From an uncultured Desulfosarcina sp. (lineage in GTDB: Bacteria; Desulfobacterota; Desulfobacteria; Desulfobacterales; Desulfosarcinaceae), in NCBI GenBank assembly GCA_963674945.2, contig CAXXWQ010000002.1, positions 128,001-192,000 on the forward strand: a stretch of 64,000 bases of DNA, written 5' to 3'. Shown here piece by piece: positions 30,144 to 41,671 of the stretch. Positions within the stretch are counted from its first letter, which is position 1. Each line of letters opens with the position of its first letter. The notes under the pieces are model-generated. The model made no database searches, was not told where the DNA came from, and worked only from the letters and a program-made list of their open reading frames with translations. The translations under genes were made by a program, and so were the position numbers.

Positions 30144-30408
30144 ATTCGGTAGCAGCGTTTTGGAACTGTTATATTTACAGTCGTTTCGTCACTTCGAAAA
30201 CTTCGGTTGATCGTGTGGCGCATTCTGCAAGGACTGACAAAAAAAGAAAGATGCCGATAGCGATGAAGTTAACGGTGTAAATCAGTTTTTTCCTCGACCC
30301 AAATCAATCTTCGGCTTGTAACTCGTTTGCATTATTTGTAAAAAACGTGTTACATCTATTTCCTGCGAATACAAGACCATTAATCCATTCATCTCCGGAG
30401 GCCTCTTT

Positions 30409-32688
30409 ATGAACCATTGGCTTAAAGCGATTTGCCTTTGTTTGGCAATCATTTCCATGATCCTGGGCTGTGCATCGGACGAGGAAAAAAAACTGTCCCA
30501 CTTTGAAAAAGGGGTGAAATACTTTGACGAAGCCGAATACAAGTCCGCCGAACTGGAATTGAGAAATGCAATACAGATTGATCCCGAATATGTCGATGCC
30601 TACGTCAAGCTGGGTGAAACCTACTTAAAACTTGGGGATGTCCGAGGGGCATTTCGTGAATATTCCACGGTGGTCAGGATCGATCCGGGCAACACGGAAG
30701 CCCGACTGAAATTGGCCACCTTTTACTTGTTGGGAAAGCAGTATGCCGACTCTCGGTCCCAGGTGGACACCGTACTGGCCAATGCGCCCGACAATATCGA
30801 AGCGCTTTACATCAAGGCCGGGTTGGACAACAACGATCAAAAACTGTCCGATGCCATAGAAACCTTCGAAACAATCATCGGGCTCGACGACCAACAGTCC
30901 CGCGCCCATATCGGACTTTCCCATATTTTTGGAAGGCAAGGGAAGATGGATGAGGCAGAGTCACAATTGAAAAAGGCGGTGGAGATCGACCCTGCGAATA
31001 CCCAAACGAGATTGGCGTTGGTCAGTTTCTACGCGGCACAAAAAGATTTTGCGAAGGCTGAAAATGAAATCAATCGCGTGATCGCGGATAATCCGCAAAA
31101 TGCCAAATTGTATGCGGTGAAGGCTGATTTTTACATGGGGCGCAAAAAACCAACGGAAGCCGAGGCGGCGCTATTAAAGGCTATCTCGTTGGAACCGAAG
31201 AATCCCGATGTCTATCTGTCTGCGGCCCGGTTTTACGATACGACGTCAAAGCCTGACCAGGCCAAAGAGATGATTGCCAAGGCCCTGGATTTGAATCCGG
31301 AAGACATTGCGGTGTTGAATGCGGCCGCTCGATACTATTTCAAGATAAAGGAAATTGAAACGGCCGAGACCTATAACGAAAAGATACTGGACATTCGTCC
31401 CGAATTTTTCCCCGCCCGGATGCTGAAGGGCGAAATCTTCATCGCCAATGGTCAGTGGAATGAGGCCCTGTCGATTTTCGATCAAATTCTCACCCAGGAA
31501 CCAAATGCAGAGCAGGCACATTATTACAAAGGACTGGCCCATTTTTCAAAAGGGGAATTCCAGGTAGCAAAATCCTCTTTGAACCGGGCGATTGAACTCA
31601 ACGATAAAGATATTCGGGCCAAGATGCTGTTGGCGGAAATCTCCCTTCGACTGCGTGATGTGGATGCAGCCGAAAAGCTCAGCGCCGAAGTGCTAACGGA
31701 CGTGCCGGACAACTTTCAGGCCAATTTTATTCTGGGCCGGACCTATCTGGCCAAAGGGCAAGCTTCAGCAGCGGAAAAATTGTTTCATCGGACCATCGAG
31801 ATTCAACCTCAAAGTCCCCAGGGATATTTTCAATTAGGCCTCGCCCAGAAAATGCAAAAGGACTATGACACGGCGGCAGTCTCATTTGAAAAGGCCCTGG
31901 CCATCAATCCGGAGCTGATGGATGTCTTTACCCAACTGATCGGCGTCCATGTGGAAAAAGCCGATTATGACAAAGCCCTTTCCAGATGCGACACCCAGCT
32001 GAAGGCGCTCGAGGATTCCGCGAGACACATAGCCATTATCTCGAATCTAAAAGGACTGATATATAAGGCGCAGAAAATGGACGATTCGGCCGAGGACCAG
32101 TTCAAGGCCGCCATCGAGGCTGATGAGAACTATCTGCCGCCATATTACGAATTGGCTGGTCTTTTTGCGAAGAGAAACGAAATAGACCTGGCTGTCGAGC
32201 AATATAAGGCGGCATTGGCGAAAAACGACAATCATGTGCGTCCCCATATGCTGCTTGGCATGCTCTACGATGCACAGAAGAAATTCGATCTCTCGGAGCA
32301 GCACTATCGCAAGGCGTTGGCGGTCAACCCGGAATTTGCCCCGGCGGCCAACAACCTGGCCTATCTGTTGGCGGAAAAAGGCGAAGATTTGAACGCGGCG
32401 TTGGATTTCGCGCGGTTGGCCAAGGAAAGAATTCCCAATAACCCGGGCGTGATGGATACGCTCGGATGGGTCTATTTCAAGAAGGGATTGTATGACAGCG
32501 CCATTGTCGAACTCAACGATGCCGTCGAGAAGTTGAAAGACAACGCCATGGTGAATTACCATTTGGGAATGGCCTTCTACAAAGCAGGGCAAGGGGCAAA
32601 GGCCAAACCGGTTCTGGAACGAGCACTGGTGCTGGATCCAAATTTCGAAAAAGCGGATGAAGCCAAAGAGGTACTGGCGAAATTGTGA
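30409..32688 (+). CDS. prsT: PEP-CTERM system TPR lipoprotein
   Basis: Lipobox ILGC, continuous TPRs, AANNLAYLL..MDTLGWVY. Confidence 0.8.
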   Translation: MNHWLKAICLCLAIISMILGCASDEEKKLSHFEKGVKYFDEAEYKSAELELRNAIQIDPEYVDAYVKLGETYLKLGDVRGAFREYSTVVRIDPGNTEARLKLATFYLLGKQYADSRSQVDTVLANAPDNIEALYIKAGLDNNDQKLSDAIETFETIIGLDDQQSRAHIGLSHIFGRQGKMDEAESQLKKAVEIDPANTQTRLALVSFYAAQKDFAKAENEINRVIADNPQNAKLYAVKADFYMGRKKPTEAEAALLKAISLEPKNPDVYLSAARFYDTTSKPDQAKEMIAKALDLNPEDIAVLNAAARYYFKIKEIETAETYNEKILDIRPEFFPARMLKGEIFIANGQWNEALSIFDQILTQEPNAEQAHYYKGLAHFSKGEFQVAKSSLNRAIELNDKDIRAKMLLAEISLRLRDVDAAEKLSAEVLTDVPDNFQANFILGRTYLAKGQASAAEKLFHRTIEIQPQSPQGYFQLGLAQKMQKDYDTAAVSFEKALAINPELMDVFTQLIGVHVEKADYDKALSRCDTQLKALEDSARHIAIISNLKGLIYKAQKMDDSAEDQFKAAIEADENYLPPYYELAGLFAKRNEIDLAVEQYKAALAKNDNHVRPHMLLGMLYDAQKKFDLSEQHYRKALAVNPEFAPAANNLAYLLAEKGEDLNAALDFARLAKERIPNNPGVMDTLGWVYFKKGLYDSAIVELNDAVEKLKDNAMVNYHLGMAFYKAGQGAKAKPVLERALVLDPNFEKADEAKEVLAKL

Positions 32689-32850
32689 AACTGCCTCAAA
32701 TATGACTGCTGAGAAAGCCGGTAGTCACCACAAATGAAAAGATGCCTTCTATAAAGGCTTTTCCTATTTTTGCCAATCGGCAAAGTACTTGAATAATGAG
32801 TCTTGTTTCGAAAGACTGTTTGACCATCTTTGGCCTGAAAAGCTTTTTAC

Positions 32851-34734
32851 TCAGACGATTCGTTGAAACTGCTTTTCCAACTCCTTTGTGGTCCACTGGA
32901 TCCAGATGGGTCTTCCGTGAGGGCAGTGGGAGGGATTGTCGCAATCGTCCAGCTGCTGCAGCATGGCCGTGATCTGCGCTTGTGTAAGCTGCTGGTGGGC
33001 GCGAATGGCGTTGTGGCAGGCCATCACCATCAGACATCCATCCAATATCGTATCCATCTTTTCATTTACGCCGATTTCCGCCGTCTTTTCGACGATCCGG
33101 GAAACCAGGTCCGGCACGTCACCGCTGTCCAGCAACGTGGGCAAGGCCTTCACCACGAAGGTATTGCCGCCGAAAGGTTCGATCTCCAATCCGTAATGGT
33201 CCAATTCCGGACAGAGCTTTTCCAGGATCTGGGCCTCGCGAAACCCCAGGTCAATGGTTTCCGGCAAGAGAAGCCGCTGGGAGGCAGGGCGCTTTCTTTC
33301 CGATTGGTTTTTCAGTTGTTCGAAGACGATGCGTTCGTGGGCTGCGTGCTGGTCAATGAGAATCAGTCCGTTGGGAGACTCGCACAGGATATAGGTTCCC
33401 TTGTACTGACCGATTACCGTCAGATCGGCGAAAAAGCGAGGCTTCCACAACGGCGTCTGCCGGGCGGACGGGACACCGGCGGGTTTTGGTAAAGCAGGTA
33501 CCTGGACCTCATCATTCAAGCCGGATGATGAAGCCTGGGGCACCGGCCGCTCCGCCACCGGTTCGATTGGATCGATCCGGTCCGTCAGCCGGTTCCCTTC
33601 GGATTCCATTCCAACGGAGTTGTTGGTCACGGCTTTCGATTCCTCCGCGCCTGAGCCCCGGAACCCGGCAGCAGGTTCTGATACCAAGGGAGGATCCATG
33701 GTGTCCCGGACGGTTTTCTGTTCGGCCGTGTTCCAACGGGTGGGATCCGAACGCCGCAGGGCATCGGCCACGGCGGTTTCCACCGTGCCGTGAACCTCTT
33801 TCTGGCGTGCAAAGCGAATCTCGTGTTTGGTGGGGTGAACATTGACATCCACCTGATCGAAGGGAACCTGCACGAAGAGTACGGCCACCGGGTACCGCCC
33901 CTTCATTAAACGTCCCCGGTAACCGGCAAACAGGGCATGCTGGATGACCCGGTCCTTTACCCAACGGCCGTTGACGAAGAGATAGATACCCCTGGCCGTG
34001 GACCGGTTTTGGTTTCCGGCGGCGACCCATCCTGTGACCTTCACCGTTTCGCTGTTCCTTTTCACCGGGAAAAACGAATTCTTGATTGCAGTGCCCAAAA
34101 CATCCACCACCCGGTCCATAGGATTTGTTGCCGTTGCCCAGTCTTTGACGATTCGGTCGTTGTGAAGCAGACGGAATTGAACGTGTGGTCGACACAAGGC
34201 CATACTGGCGATGGTGTCGGCGATATGGCCCATTTCCGTAGTGACGCTTTTCAGGAATTTGCGACGGGCAGGGGTGTTGAAAAAGAGGCCGGCCACCGTG
34301 ATCATCGTCCCTGCCGGAGCACCCACGTCGAACACCTTTTTCATTTGGCCCCCCACCACATCGATCTGGGTGCCTGTATCCTCCTTTGCCATCCGGGTAA
34401 CGAGGGTGAACCGGGAGACCGATGCGATGCTGGGCAATGCTTCTCCGCGGAATCCAAGGGTTCGAATGGAAAAAAGGTCCGGGTCATGTTCGATTTTGCT
34501 GGTTGCGTAACGCTCCAGACTCAAGATGGCATCGTCTCTTCCCATGCCCGTGCCGTTGTCCGATACACGGATGAGTTTTCGTCCACCCTGTTCAATCTCT
34601 ACGATAATTCGGGTGCTGTCCGCGTCGATGGCGTTTTCCACCAGTTCTTTGACGACACTGGCCGGCCGTTCCACCACTTCTCCGGCGGCAATTTTGTTGG
34701 AGAGGATTTCCGGGAGAATTCTGATTCTCGTCAT
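32851..34734 (-). CDS. mutL: DNA mismatch repair endonuclease MutL
   Basis: IAAGEVVERPASVVKELVEN, GFRGEAL, DQHAAHER, CPHGRP. Confidence 0.97.
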   Translation of the reverse strand: MTRIRILPEILSNKIAAGEVVERPASVVKELVENAIDADSTRIIVEIEQGGRKLIRVSDNGTGMGRDDAILSLERYATSKIEHDPDLFSIRTLGFRGEALPSIASVSRFTLVTRMAKEDTGTQIDVVGGQMKKVFDVGAPAGTMITVAGLFFNTPARRKFLKSVTTEMGHIADTIASMALCRPHVQFRLLHNDRIVKDWATATNPMDRVVDVLGTAIKNSFFPVKRNSETVKVTGWVAAGNQNRSTARGIYLFVNGRWVKDRVIQHALFAGYRGRLMKGRYPVAVLFVQVPFDQVDVNVHPTKHEIRFARQKEVHGTVETAVADALRRSDPTRWNTAEQKTVRDTMDPPLVSEPAAGFRGSGAEESKAVTNNSVGMESEGNRLTDRIDPIEPVAERPVPQASSSGLNDEVQVPALPKPAGVPSARQTPLWKPRFFADLTVIGQYKGTYILCESPNGLILIDQHAAHERIVFEQLKNQSERKRPASQRLLLPETIDLGFREAQILEKLCPELDHYGLEIEPFGGNTFVVKALPTLLDSGDVPDLVSRIVEKTAEIGVNEKMDTILDGCLMVMACHNAIRAHQQLTQAQITAMLQQLDDCDNPSHCPHGRPIWIQWTTKELEKQFQRIV

Positions 34735-34916
34735 GGAGAATTACTTATATCCTTATAACTGCGTGCGAGATACTCCGCTTCCATGGGCGTCAGGTTGAAA
34801 TTGAGGCAGGCTGCCTCGATCAATTGCTGTCGGGACTTGGATGATCCCGCCTTCTCCTCTTCCGCGATCCACTTGATCGCCTTGCGGATGTTTTCACCTT
34901 CCGGTTGAATGCTCAT
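34731..34916 (-). CDS. Small hypothetical protein (61 aa)
   Basis: MSIQPEGENIRKAIKWI..; stop overlaps mutL start (ATGA). Confidence 0.7.
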   Translation of the reverse strand: MSIQPEGENIRKAIKWIAEEEKAGSSKSRQQLIEAACLNFNLTPMEAEYLARSYKDISNSP

Positions 34917-34992
34917 GGTTACCGTCTTTCTATATGCGTATGATGAATCATCGATGTTGTCTTTCCGATATTGAAGCATCGATCTCCATTTT

Positions 34993-36453
34993 TTACAGCG
35001 CAGGCTTTTTTCCAACGATTGCGGCGGCCTTTTCAAAGTTACGGGCGATTTTGAAAAGGATCTGTTCGTTGAAGTGGGCTGACATGATCTGCAGCCCGAT
35101 GGGCATGCCGTCATCGGAGAATCCGCAGGGTACGGAAATGCCCGGTATACCGGCAAGGTTGGCGGAAAGGGTGAAGATGTCCGACAGGTACATGGTCAGC
35201 GGATCATCGATGGTTTCGCCGATGGGATAGGCCGGTGTGGGGGCCACCGGAGATACGATGGCGTCGCACTTTTCAAAAGCGGTCTGAAAGTCGTTTTTGA
35301 TCAGAGTGCGGATCTGGGATGCCTTGCCGTAGTAAGCGTCGTAATAGCCGGCAGAAAGGGCGTATGTTCCCAGGATGATCCGTCTTTGCACTTCAGGACC
35401 GAAGCCAACCGATCGGGTTCTTTTGTACATGCCGAGAAGGTCGGTTTGGTTCTTGTCTCGGAATCCATATTTTACGCCGTCATATCGGGCCAGATTGGAA
35501 CTCGCCTCGCTTGGGGCGATAAGATAGTATGCGGCCACGGCATGGTCGGTGTGGGGCAGGGAGACCGGCATGGTTCGGGCGCCCAACGTTTTGATGGTCT
35601 CGATGCCGGCTTTTACCGCCGATTCCACTCGAGGGTCCAGTCCTGCAACTGCCCAGTACTCTTTGGGGATGCCCACCACCACGTCGGAGAGACCGTCTTC
35701 GGCGATGTCCGAAAAGGTTGGTACCGGTTCGGGAACCGATGTGGCATCCCTGGGATCATGGCCGGCGATGGCATCCAGCATGATGGCGGTATCGGTCACG
35801 GTCTTGCCCAAAGGGCCGATCTGATCCAGCGAGGAGGCGAATGCCACCAGGCCGAATCGGGATACCCTGCCGTAGGTGGGTTTGATGCCCACCACGCCGC
35901 AGTGGGATGCAGGTTGCCGGATGGATCCGCCGGTATCCGAGCCCAGTGCCCCCAGGCACATGTCCGCCGCCACCGCCGCTGCGGATCCGCCGCTGGATCC
36001 GCCGGGAATGCGGTCGAGATTCCAGGGATTGCGGGTCACGTGAAACCCGGAATGTTCGTTGGTGGAACCCATGGCGAATTCATCCATGTTGAGCTTGCCC
36101 ACGATAACGGCGCCGGCATCCTTCAGCCGTGCGATCACGGTGGCATCGTATGGGGGGACGAAATTTTCGAGAATCTTCGATGCACAGGTGGTTCGAAGGC
36201 CTTTGGTGCACATCAAATCCTTTATCCCCAATGGCACGCCGGTGAGTCGGGTTCCACTGCCATCGGCAATTCGTTTGTCGGCTTTTTCGGCTTGGAGCAA
36301 TGCTTCCTTGTCATCGACGGTCAGGTAGGCACCGACCCTGTCATCCACCGCATCGATGCGGTCGAGAACCGCCCGGGTCAGTTCGACGGATCGGATCTCT
36401 TTTTTCTCCAATCGGCGAGATGCCTCTTCGATGGTCAGTTCGTAAAGTTTCAT
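34993..36453 (-). CDS. gatA: Asp/Glu-tRNA amidotransferase subunit A
   Basis: [42 protein letters not shown]. Confidence 0.96.
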   Translation of the reverse strand: MKLYELTIEEASRRLEKKEIRSVELTRAVLDRIDAVDDRVGAYLTVDDKEALLQAEKADKRIADGSGTRLTGVPLGIKDLMCTKGLRTTCASKILENFVPPYDATVIARLKDAGAVIVGKLNMDEFAMGSTNEHSGFHVTRNPWNLDRIPGGSSGGSAAAVAADMCLGALGSDTGGSIRQPASHCGVVGIKPTYGRVSRFGLVAFASSLDQIGPLGKTVTDTAIMLDAIAGHDPRDATSVPEPVPTFSDIAEDGLSDVVVGIPKEYWAVAGLDPRVESAVKAGIETIKTLGARTMPVSLPHTDHAVAAYYLIAPSEASSNLARYDGVKYGFRDKNQTDLLGMYKRTRSVGFGPEVQRRIILGTYALSAGYYDAYYGKASQIRTLIKNDFQTAFEKCDAIVSPVAPTPAYPIGETIDDPLTMYLSDIFTLSANLAGIPGISVPCGFSDDGMPIGLQIMSAHFNEQILFKIARNFEKAAAIVGKKPAL

Positions 36454-36481
36454 CGATCGTTGTCCTCTTTCAGTCAAGCAA

Positions 36482-36634
36482 GACGGCTTCGTAAAAAGTC
36501 CGATATCTGCGTTACGCTTCATCCCTCGTCACTGCGACGTATCCAACCATACGCCTCATTCCTCGGGAATCGCAAGCCTTGATCTCGGGCTTTTTACGAA
36601 GCCGTCCGAAATCCGACTTTTTACGAGTTCATCA
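36482..36634. repeat. MITE-like element, TIR type B copy 1
   Basis: GACGGCTTCGTAAAAAG...CTTTTTACGAAGCCGTC plus extra end GACTTTTTACGAGTTCATCA; near-identical to 50033 and 58404 copies. Confidence 0.9.
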
Positions 36635-36655
36635 AATAAACGTAGCCGGTGTTCG

Positions 36656-36940
36656 TCAGATCACCTTGGGAACGACGAAGGCACCCTCATCCTTTTCCGG
36701 AGCATTGGCAAGGGCCGATTGCGGATCCAGGTGGTCCCGGGGCTCATCCTCTCGAAAGGCATTTGTCTGCGTAATGGCGTGAGAGGTAGCGGCGATCCCT
36801 TTGGTATCCACCTGCCCAAGGGTGTCCACGTAATCGAGGATGGTACCGATTTGATTGGCAAACCGGTCGACATCCGAATCGTCGATATCCAATCGGGCCA
36901 GGTTTGCTACATGCAGGACTTCTTCTTTTGTTATTTTCAT
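36656..36940 (-). CDS. gatC: Asp/Glu-tRNA amidotransferase subunit C
   Basis: HVANLARL..FRED..LANAP..FVVPKVI. Confidence 0.95.
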   Translation of the reverse strand: MKITKEEVLHVANLARLDIDDSDVDRFANQIGTILDYVDTLGQVDTKGIAATSHAITQTNAFREDEPRDHLDPQSALANAPEKDEGAFVVPKVI

Positions 36941-36959
36941 TGTCTGCCTCTCGCTTTGA

Positions 36960-37559
36960 TCAATACAGATTCAGTACTGTGGGCAAGATTTCCATTTGGT
37001 GCAGGGATTTGATGAGCTGCAAAAATCCCAGAATCAGGAGAAACCAGATGACCTCGCGCATGTGGCGACGATAGGTCCGGGGTCTGACCAGATATTCTGT
37101 TGGTTCTACGAGAAGCTTCCATGAAGGAAAAAAGCGGGGGACAAAGGCCGTATATTTCTGGAAGTTCTCACCATGAATTTCGAAAAGTTTGGTTTCCTCG
37201 CTTCTGATAACAAGGGGATAGTAGGCCATGAAACCGATCAGGATGATGGCGGGGATGAAAAGGGTCTCAGTGGCAAGACCGATACCGACGGCCCCCACCA
37301 GGCTGAAAAAATACAAAGGATTTCTGCTGATGGAATAGGGGCCCTGGTCGATCAGACGGTCCGTCTTGTACCCCGCAATGTACAGGGAACACCACATTCG
37401 CCCGATAACGGCAACACTCACCAGGGCAAGCCCAATGAAAGAGAGCAGTTTCCCGAAAAAGGGCGCAGACCTGCTCAAAGCACTGGACGAGACCAGGATC
37501 AGTGCGATGAGGATAACGGCGAAGATTCGGGAGACGATGATTCTAAGGCGTTCGATCAT
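36960..37559 (-). CDS. Isoprenylcysteine carboxylmethyltransferase-family membrane protein
   Basis: GPYSISRNPLY, EE..L, VPRFFP; multiple TMs. Confidence 0.8.
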   Translation of the reverse strand: MIERLRIIVSRIFAVILIALILVSSSALSRSAPFFGKLLSFIGLALVSVAVIGRMWCSLYIAGYKTDRLIDQGPYSISRNPLYFFSLVGAVGIGLATETLFIPAIILIGFMAYYPLVIRSEETKLFEIHGENFQKYTAFVPRFFPSWKLLVEPTEYLVRPRTYRRHMREVIWFLLILGFLQLIKSLHQMEILPTVLNLY

Positions 37560-37589
37560 ATGGTTTCCATTATAAGGTTTGTGGTGATC

Positions 37590-38270
37590 TTATTTTTCGA
37601 TCAAAATGGGCTTTCTCTTGGTACTTTTCAGTCGTGCCATATCCAGTGCCGCCTCTTCGGAACTCGCGTAGCTGCCGATGCGCACGCGCAGCCAGAGGCC
37701 CTGGCCGGGTATCACCGAACGTGACAAATAGGCCGAATACCCCTGGTCTTTCAATTCAGCAACGATCTTTTCCGCCGCGGTTGCATCCTTGAGGGCGGCC
37801 ACCTGAATGGTAAGCCGATCCTGAGACGATGCCGTCTTTTCGGTCGGCGGTGATGTTTTCGGCGACCGTTGGCTGTCTGCCATACGGTGCTTTTTCTTCT
37901 GTAAAAGTTTGGTTCGGGTCTTGTGTATCGGTGCTTTCGTCCCGGATTCGAGGGAACCGGATTGCGGGCTGTAATCCGTGGTGTCTACGGTGGTATCCGG
38001 TCGATCCCTTTGCAGGTCTTCGTGAAAATCATCGGCCATGTGCTTCTTGTTTTCTCCCCGAACCGCTTTTTCGATGGCATCCTGCTGCTTTTTCACCATT
38101 GTGGATCGAAGGGCCGCCAACTCTTTTGTAAGTGCCTGGGTGTCGAATTCCACAGGTGCCCGTCCCCTGCCCACCATCACTCCCAAAACAAACATCCACG
38201 CGGCTACGAAAAGAACCAACAGGTATCGACCCCAGGCGACCCTTTGTTTTTGTAAGTTCTCTTTTTCCAT
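37590..38270 (-). CDS. SPOR domain cell-division protein
   Basis: N-terminal TM; TIQVAAL..WLRVRIGSY; downstream of argS. Confidence 0.85.
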   Translation of the reverse strand: MEKENLQKQRVAWGRYLLVLFVAAWMFVLGVMVGRGRAPVEFDTQALTKELAALRSTMVKKQQDAIEKAVRGENKKHMADDFHEDLQRDRPDTTVDTTDYSPQSGSLESGTKAPIHKTRTKLLQKKKHRMADSQRSPKTSPPTEKTASSQDRLTIQVAALKDATAAEKIVAELKDQGYSAYLSRSVIPGQGLWLRVRIGSYASSEEAALDMARLKSTKRKPILIEK

Positions 38271-38304
38271 TATAACGTGGTAATGCCTGTCCTCTCCAAC
38301 GCGG

Positions 38305-39972
38305 TCACATGGCGTCCGGTGCCGAAACGCCCAGCAGCGAAAGTCCGTTGAATATGACTTGTTGCACCGCCGAGATGAGATAAAGCCTGGCCCGGGTCAT
38401 GGACGGGTCATCCGGACACAATACCCGGTGCCGATTATAGTAGGTATGAAAGGCCGACGCCAGTGTCATCAGGTAATAGGTGATCCGATGCGGCTCCATC
38501 AAGGTCCCGGCAGCCTCGACGGTTTCCGGATAACGGGCCAGGTTCTTGATCAGGGCGATCTCCTCCGGTGCCACCAGGGAGGTCAGATCCGATGGGCTGA
38601 AATCACCTACATCCAGACCGTCGGCGATGGCCTTGCGATGGATACTGGCGATTCGCGCGTGAACGTATTGGACGTAGTAAACTGGATTGTCATTCGTCTT
38701 TTTCTTCGCCAGTTCCAGGTCGAAATCCAGAGGGCTGTCGTAATGCCGGGTCAAAAAGATGAATCGGGCCGCATCCTTTCCCACTTCTTTTACCACGTCG
38801 GCCAGGGTCACGAATTCTCCGGCCCGGGTGGACATGGCCGCCGGTTTTCCACCCCGAAGTAAGTTTACCAGTTGTACCAGAAGCACGTCAAACTGATCGC
38901 GTCCGTAACCGCACGCTTCTACAGCGGCCTTCATGCGTGGAATGTATCCGTGGTGGTCGGCGCCCCATACGTCGATCACCTTTTTGAATCCCCGTTGAAA
39001 CTTATCCTTGTGGTAGGTGATGTCCGATGCGAAGTAGGTGGTCTGCCCGTTTTGGCGAACCACCACGCGATCCTTTTCGTCGCCGTAGTCGGTGGTTTTG
39101 AACCACAGCGCCCCATCTTTTTCGTAAATTACACCCTTTTCCTTGAAATCCCGGATATCCGCCTCCACCTTACCTGCGTCGTATAGGCTCTGCTCGGAGA
39201 ACCATTGATCGAACCGGATGCCGAAATCTTCGAGATCTTCCCGCATGGTATCGATAATCTTTTGTGCGGCATACCGCGCGCAGGGCATGCAGGCATCCGC
39301 CTCGTCCTGCTTAAAAAAGGCGGAGCCCTTTTTTTTGATCAATTCATCTGCCAGATTACGAATATAGTCCCCTTGATAGCAGGTATCGGGAAAATCCACC
39401 GCCTCTCCCAACAGCTCTTTTCCCCTGAGGTAAACCGAAATTCCCAGTGTCTGGATCTGGCGGCCGGAATCGTTGATGTAGTACTCTTTTTGAACATCAT
39501 AACCACAATGGGCGAGTATGTTGGCCGTGCTGTCTCCCACGGCACCTCCCCTTCCGTGACCCACGTGAAGGGGGCCGGTGGGATTGGAACTGACGAATTC
39601 AATCTGGATTCTGGTTCCGTTGCCTATGTTACAGCAGCCGTATTGGTCCTTTTGCTGATGGATTGTCGTCAGCACCGGGTGCCATGCGGCAGGCCGGATA
39701 AAAAAGTTGATGAAGCCTGGCCCTGCGATTTCGGTACGCGCGATGATTTCTTTCGGGTCTTTCAGGTGAACGATCAGTGCCTCGGCGATTTTTCGTGGTG
39801 CCATACGCTGGGTTTTGGCCATTTGCATGGCCATATTGGTGGAGAGGTCCCCATGGCTTTCGGCCTTGGGTTCTTCGAGGACCACATCGACAAATTCCCG
39901 GGAGGGAAGGCTGCCATTTTCATAGGCCGCAGATGCTGCGGCTTCAATCATTTCCCTGAGAAGGGTTTTCAT
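38305..39972 (-). CDS. argS: Arginine--tRNA ligase
   Basis: [44 protein letters not shown]. Confidence 0.97.
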   Translation of the reverse strand: MKTLLREMIEAAASAAYENGSLPSREFVDVVLEEPKAESHGDLSTNMAMQMAKTQRMAPRKIAEALIVHLKDPKEIIARTEIAGPGFINFFIRPAAWHPVLTTIHQQKDQYGCCNIGNGTRIQIEFVSSNPTGPLHVGHGRGGAVGDSTANILAHCGYDVQKEYYINDSGRQIQTLGISVYLRGKELLGEAVDFPDTCYQGDYIRNLADELIKKKGSAFFKQDEADACMPCARYAAQKIIDTMREDLEDFGIRFDQWFSEQSLYDAGKVEADIRDFKEKGVIYEKDGALWFKTTDYGDEKDRVVVRQNGQTTYFASDITYHKDKFQRGFKKVIDVWGADHHGYIPRMKAAVEACGYGRDQFDVLLVQLVNLLRGGKPAAMSTRAGEFVTLADVVKEVGKDAARFIFLTRHYDSPLDFDLELAKKKTNDNPVYYVQYVHARIASIHRKAIADGLDVGDFSPSDLTSLVAPEEIALIKNLARYPETVEAAGTLMEPHRITYYLMTLASAFHTYYNRHRVLCPDDPSMTRARLYLISAVQQVIFNGLSLLGVSAPDAM

Positions 39973-40001
39973 GAACAAGTTCCTTTTACAATAAATTTTT
40001 G

Positions 40002-40030
40002 TTCATAAAGAGTTTTATGTGGCAAGTCAA
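40002..40030 (-). promoter_or_regulatory. Candidate sigma-70 promoter of argS
   Basis: Minus strand TTGACT-17-TATGAA. Confidence 0.5.
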
Positions 40031-40369
40031 GAAGCTTCCCCTGTTCATTTTTTCATACAGCTTCAAGGCCCATTTGTAGACGAATTTGTACTCAGTCCCT
40101 TCGTATCGTCAGGGGAAAGATTGGAAAAAATGGGTGATTCTTCATCTTGTCCGTGCCGGCAATGTTCGGGGCAAGCCATCCGGTAAGGGGTGAACATTCT
40201 TTCTGTTCTGCATGGTTTACTGACCAACTGGGGTGTGGGCCATCACCGGGTCGCGCCGGTATCATCTTGGCAGCGGTACTCGAAGGAAAAGAGAGCCGCA
40301 AATAAAATCAATAACGGCATGGGTCGTGCTTAATCCCTGGGAGCGTCACAAGCGTCACATTATCTCCCA

Positions 40370-40403
40370 AATAGACAAGGCCCTTGCCCGGGGCCTTGTC
40401 TAT
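40370..40403 (-). terminator. Stem-loop downstream of 40418-40774
   Basis: AATAGACAAGGCCC..GGGCCTTGTCTATT inverted repeat. Confidence 0.55.
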
Positions 40404-40417
40404 TTATATACCATCCA

Positions 40418-40774
40418 TTATGGAGTCTCTTTACCGGTTGCCATCGATTCTTGCGTCGTTTCAATCACCTTCGGATTATAGATCTCCAGTTCGCCGGTGG
40501 CGTAGAATGGATAGGGTCGATCTTCATCATCCACGACGGTGATGTTATACATGGCACCTGGTTCTCCGGATTCTGATTTCGTGATGGTCGCCTGCCAGAG
40601 CTTCCATGCGTAGCGCCATGTGGTGACATCGGAATTCATCGGGGTTGCATCCAAGGGGGGCGAGTAGCCGAACTCGTATCCGGTTTCGGTCCGTAGGTGG
40701 TATCTCACCCGAAACCCCTTGGGTTTTTTAATCCATCCTTCCTTGATGACCTCCAATCCTTCGGCTATTTTCAT
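40418..40774 (-). CDS. Hypothetical protein
   Basis: 118-aa ORF with SD AGGAG, co-oriented with mscS. Confidence 0.7.
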   Translation of the reverse strand: MKIAEGLEVIKEGWIKKPKGFRVRYHLRTETGYEFGYSPPLDATPMNSDVTTWRYAWKLWQATITKSESGEPGAMYNITVVDDEDRPYPFYATGELEIYNPKVIETTQESMATGKETP

Positions 40775-40789
40775 GGGGGCTCCTGTTCC

Positions 40790-41671
40790 CTAAACGATTT
40801 CTTCATCCGTGTCATCCGGGTCGCAGATCCTCTTCATCCTACCTGGACTTGCAAGCCCAATCATTTCCTCTGGATGCGATTTGCTGTCGATGTGAAGGTC
40901 TAATTGGGGGTATGCGAAACGGATTCCCTCGCGATCGAACCGCAGCTTGGTCTTTTCATGCAGATCGCAGCGGGCGACCCAGAAATCCTTGTTGTCCACC
41001 CAGCACCGACCACCCAACGCCACGCAATTGGCGGTCAGTTTGAGAACATAGACCATCGGACCTGGTTTGGTCATGACACGGGGGTCCGCCGTCATGACCG
41101 CTTCCAGTGTTCGCTTTGCCTTCAGAATATCCTGGTCGTAGCGGATGTTCACATTGATTTTCACACGACGCGTCGTGGTGAAATGATAGTTGATGACGAT
41201 GTCATCGAGGATTTGCCGATTGGGTACGAAAAAGGTCTTGCCGTCGAAGGTCCTGAGCCGCGTGTTTAAAAACGTGATCGCTTCAACCTTGCCGAAAAGG
41301 GAACCGACTTTTATGGTATTTCCCACTTTAAATGGCAAGGATGGTATAAAGGGCCGAAAAAAGATCTGCAAACCGATGGCGATCAGGGCGATGATGGTGA
41401 GCAGCCGCAGCATGTTCATCGGGTTGGCGCCAAACTCCACCGTCGCAGCGATGACCACCACGGCCACCAGCAGGAAGTAGACGATATTGCAAAAAACCGT
41501 CACAAAGGCACTCTTGGGAAATATCCGGTGCATGACGATACGCAGTCCCTTGTCGATATAACGGCTCAACAAGAGGCCTACGATCAATAGAATCAGGGCC
41601 AGGACCATTTGGGTGCCATGCTGGGTCATCGTTTCACCGAGCCGTTCGAGCCGGGAAAACTCATGTACCAT
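40790..41671 (-). CDS. Small-conductance mechanosensitive channel (MscS family)
   Basis: 3 TMs, PFKVG..GKVEAI..TRLRTFDG..VPN, GIRFAYPQ. Confidence 0.88.
   Translation of the reverse strand: MVHEFSRLERLGETMTQHGTQMVLALILLIVGLLLSRYIDKGLRIVMHRIFPKSAFVTVFCNIVYFLLVAVVVIAATVEFGANPMNMLRLLTIIALIAIGLQIFFRPFIPSLPFKVGNTIKVGSLFGKVEAITFLNTRLRTFDGKTFFVPNRQILDDIVINYHFTTTRRVKINVNIRYDQDILKAKRTLEAVMTADPRVMTKPGPMVYVLKLTANCVALGGRCWVDNKDFWVARCDLHEKTKLRFDREGIRFAYPQLDLHIDSKSHPEEMIGLASPGRMKRICDPDDTDEEIV

Noticed and set aside
30337..30354. Second PEP-CTERM box before prsT
   Set aside because: Spacing is TGT-N12-ACA and no sigma-54 -24/-12 motif follows.
36454..36522. N-terminal extensions of GatA (36522) and the CoA ligase (50125) in the ORF track
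   Set aside because: They are translations of type B repeats; SD-supported starts are 36453 and 50020.
40140..40300. Possible c-di-GMP-I riboswitch or other ncRNA upstream of argS
   Set aside because: Only fragments resemble the motif (GGCAAGCC..GTAA, TGGCAGCGG); the GCAAAG junction and proper stems are missing and no co-oriented gene follows. An Rfam scan would be needed.
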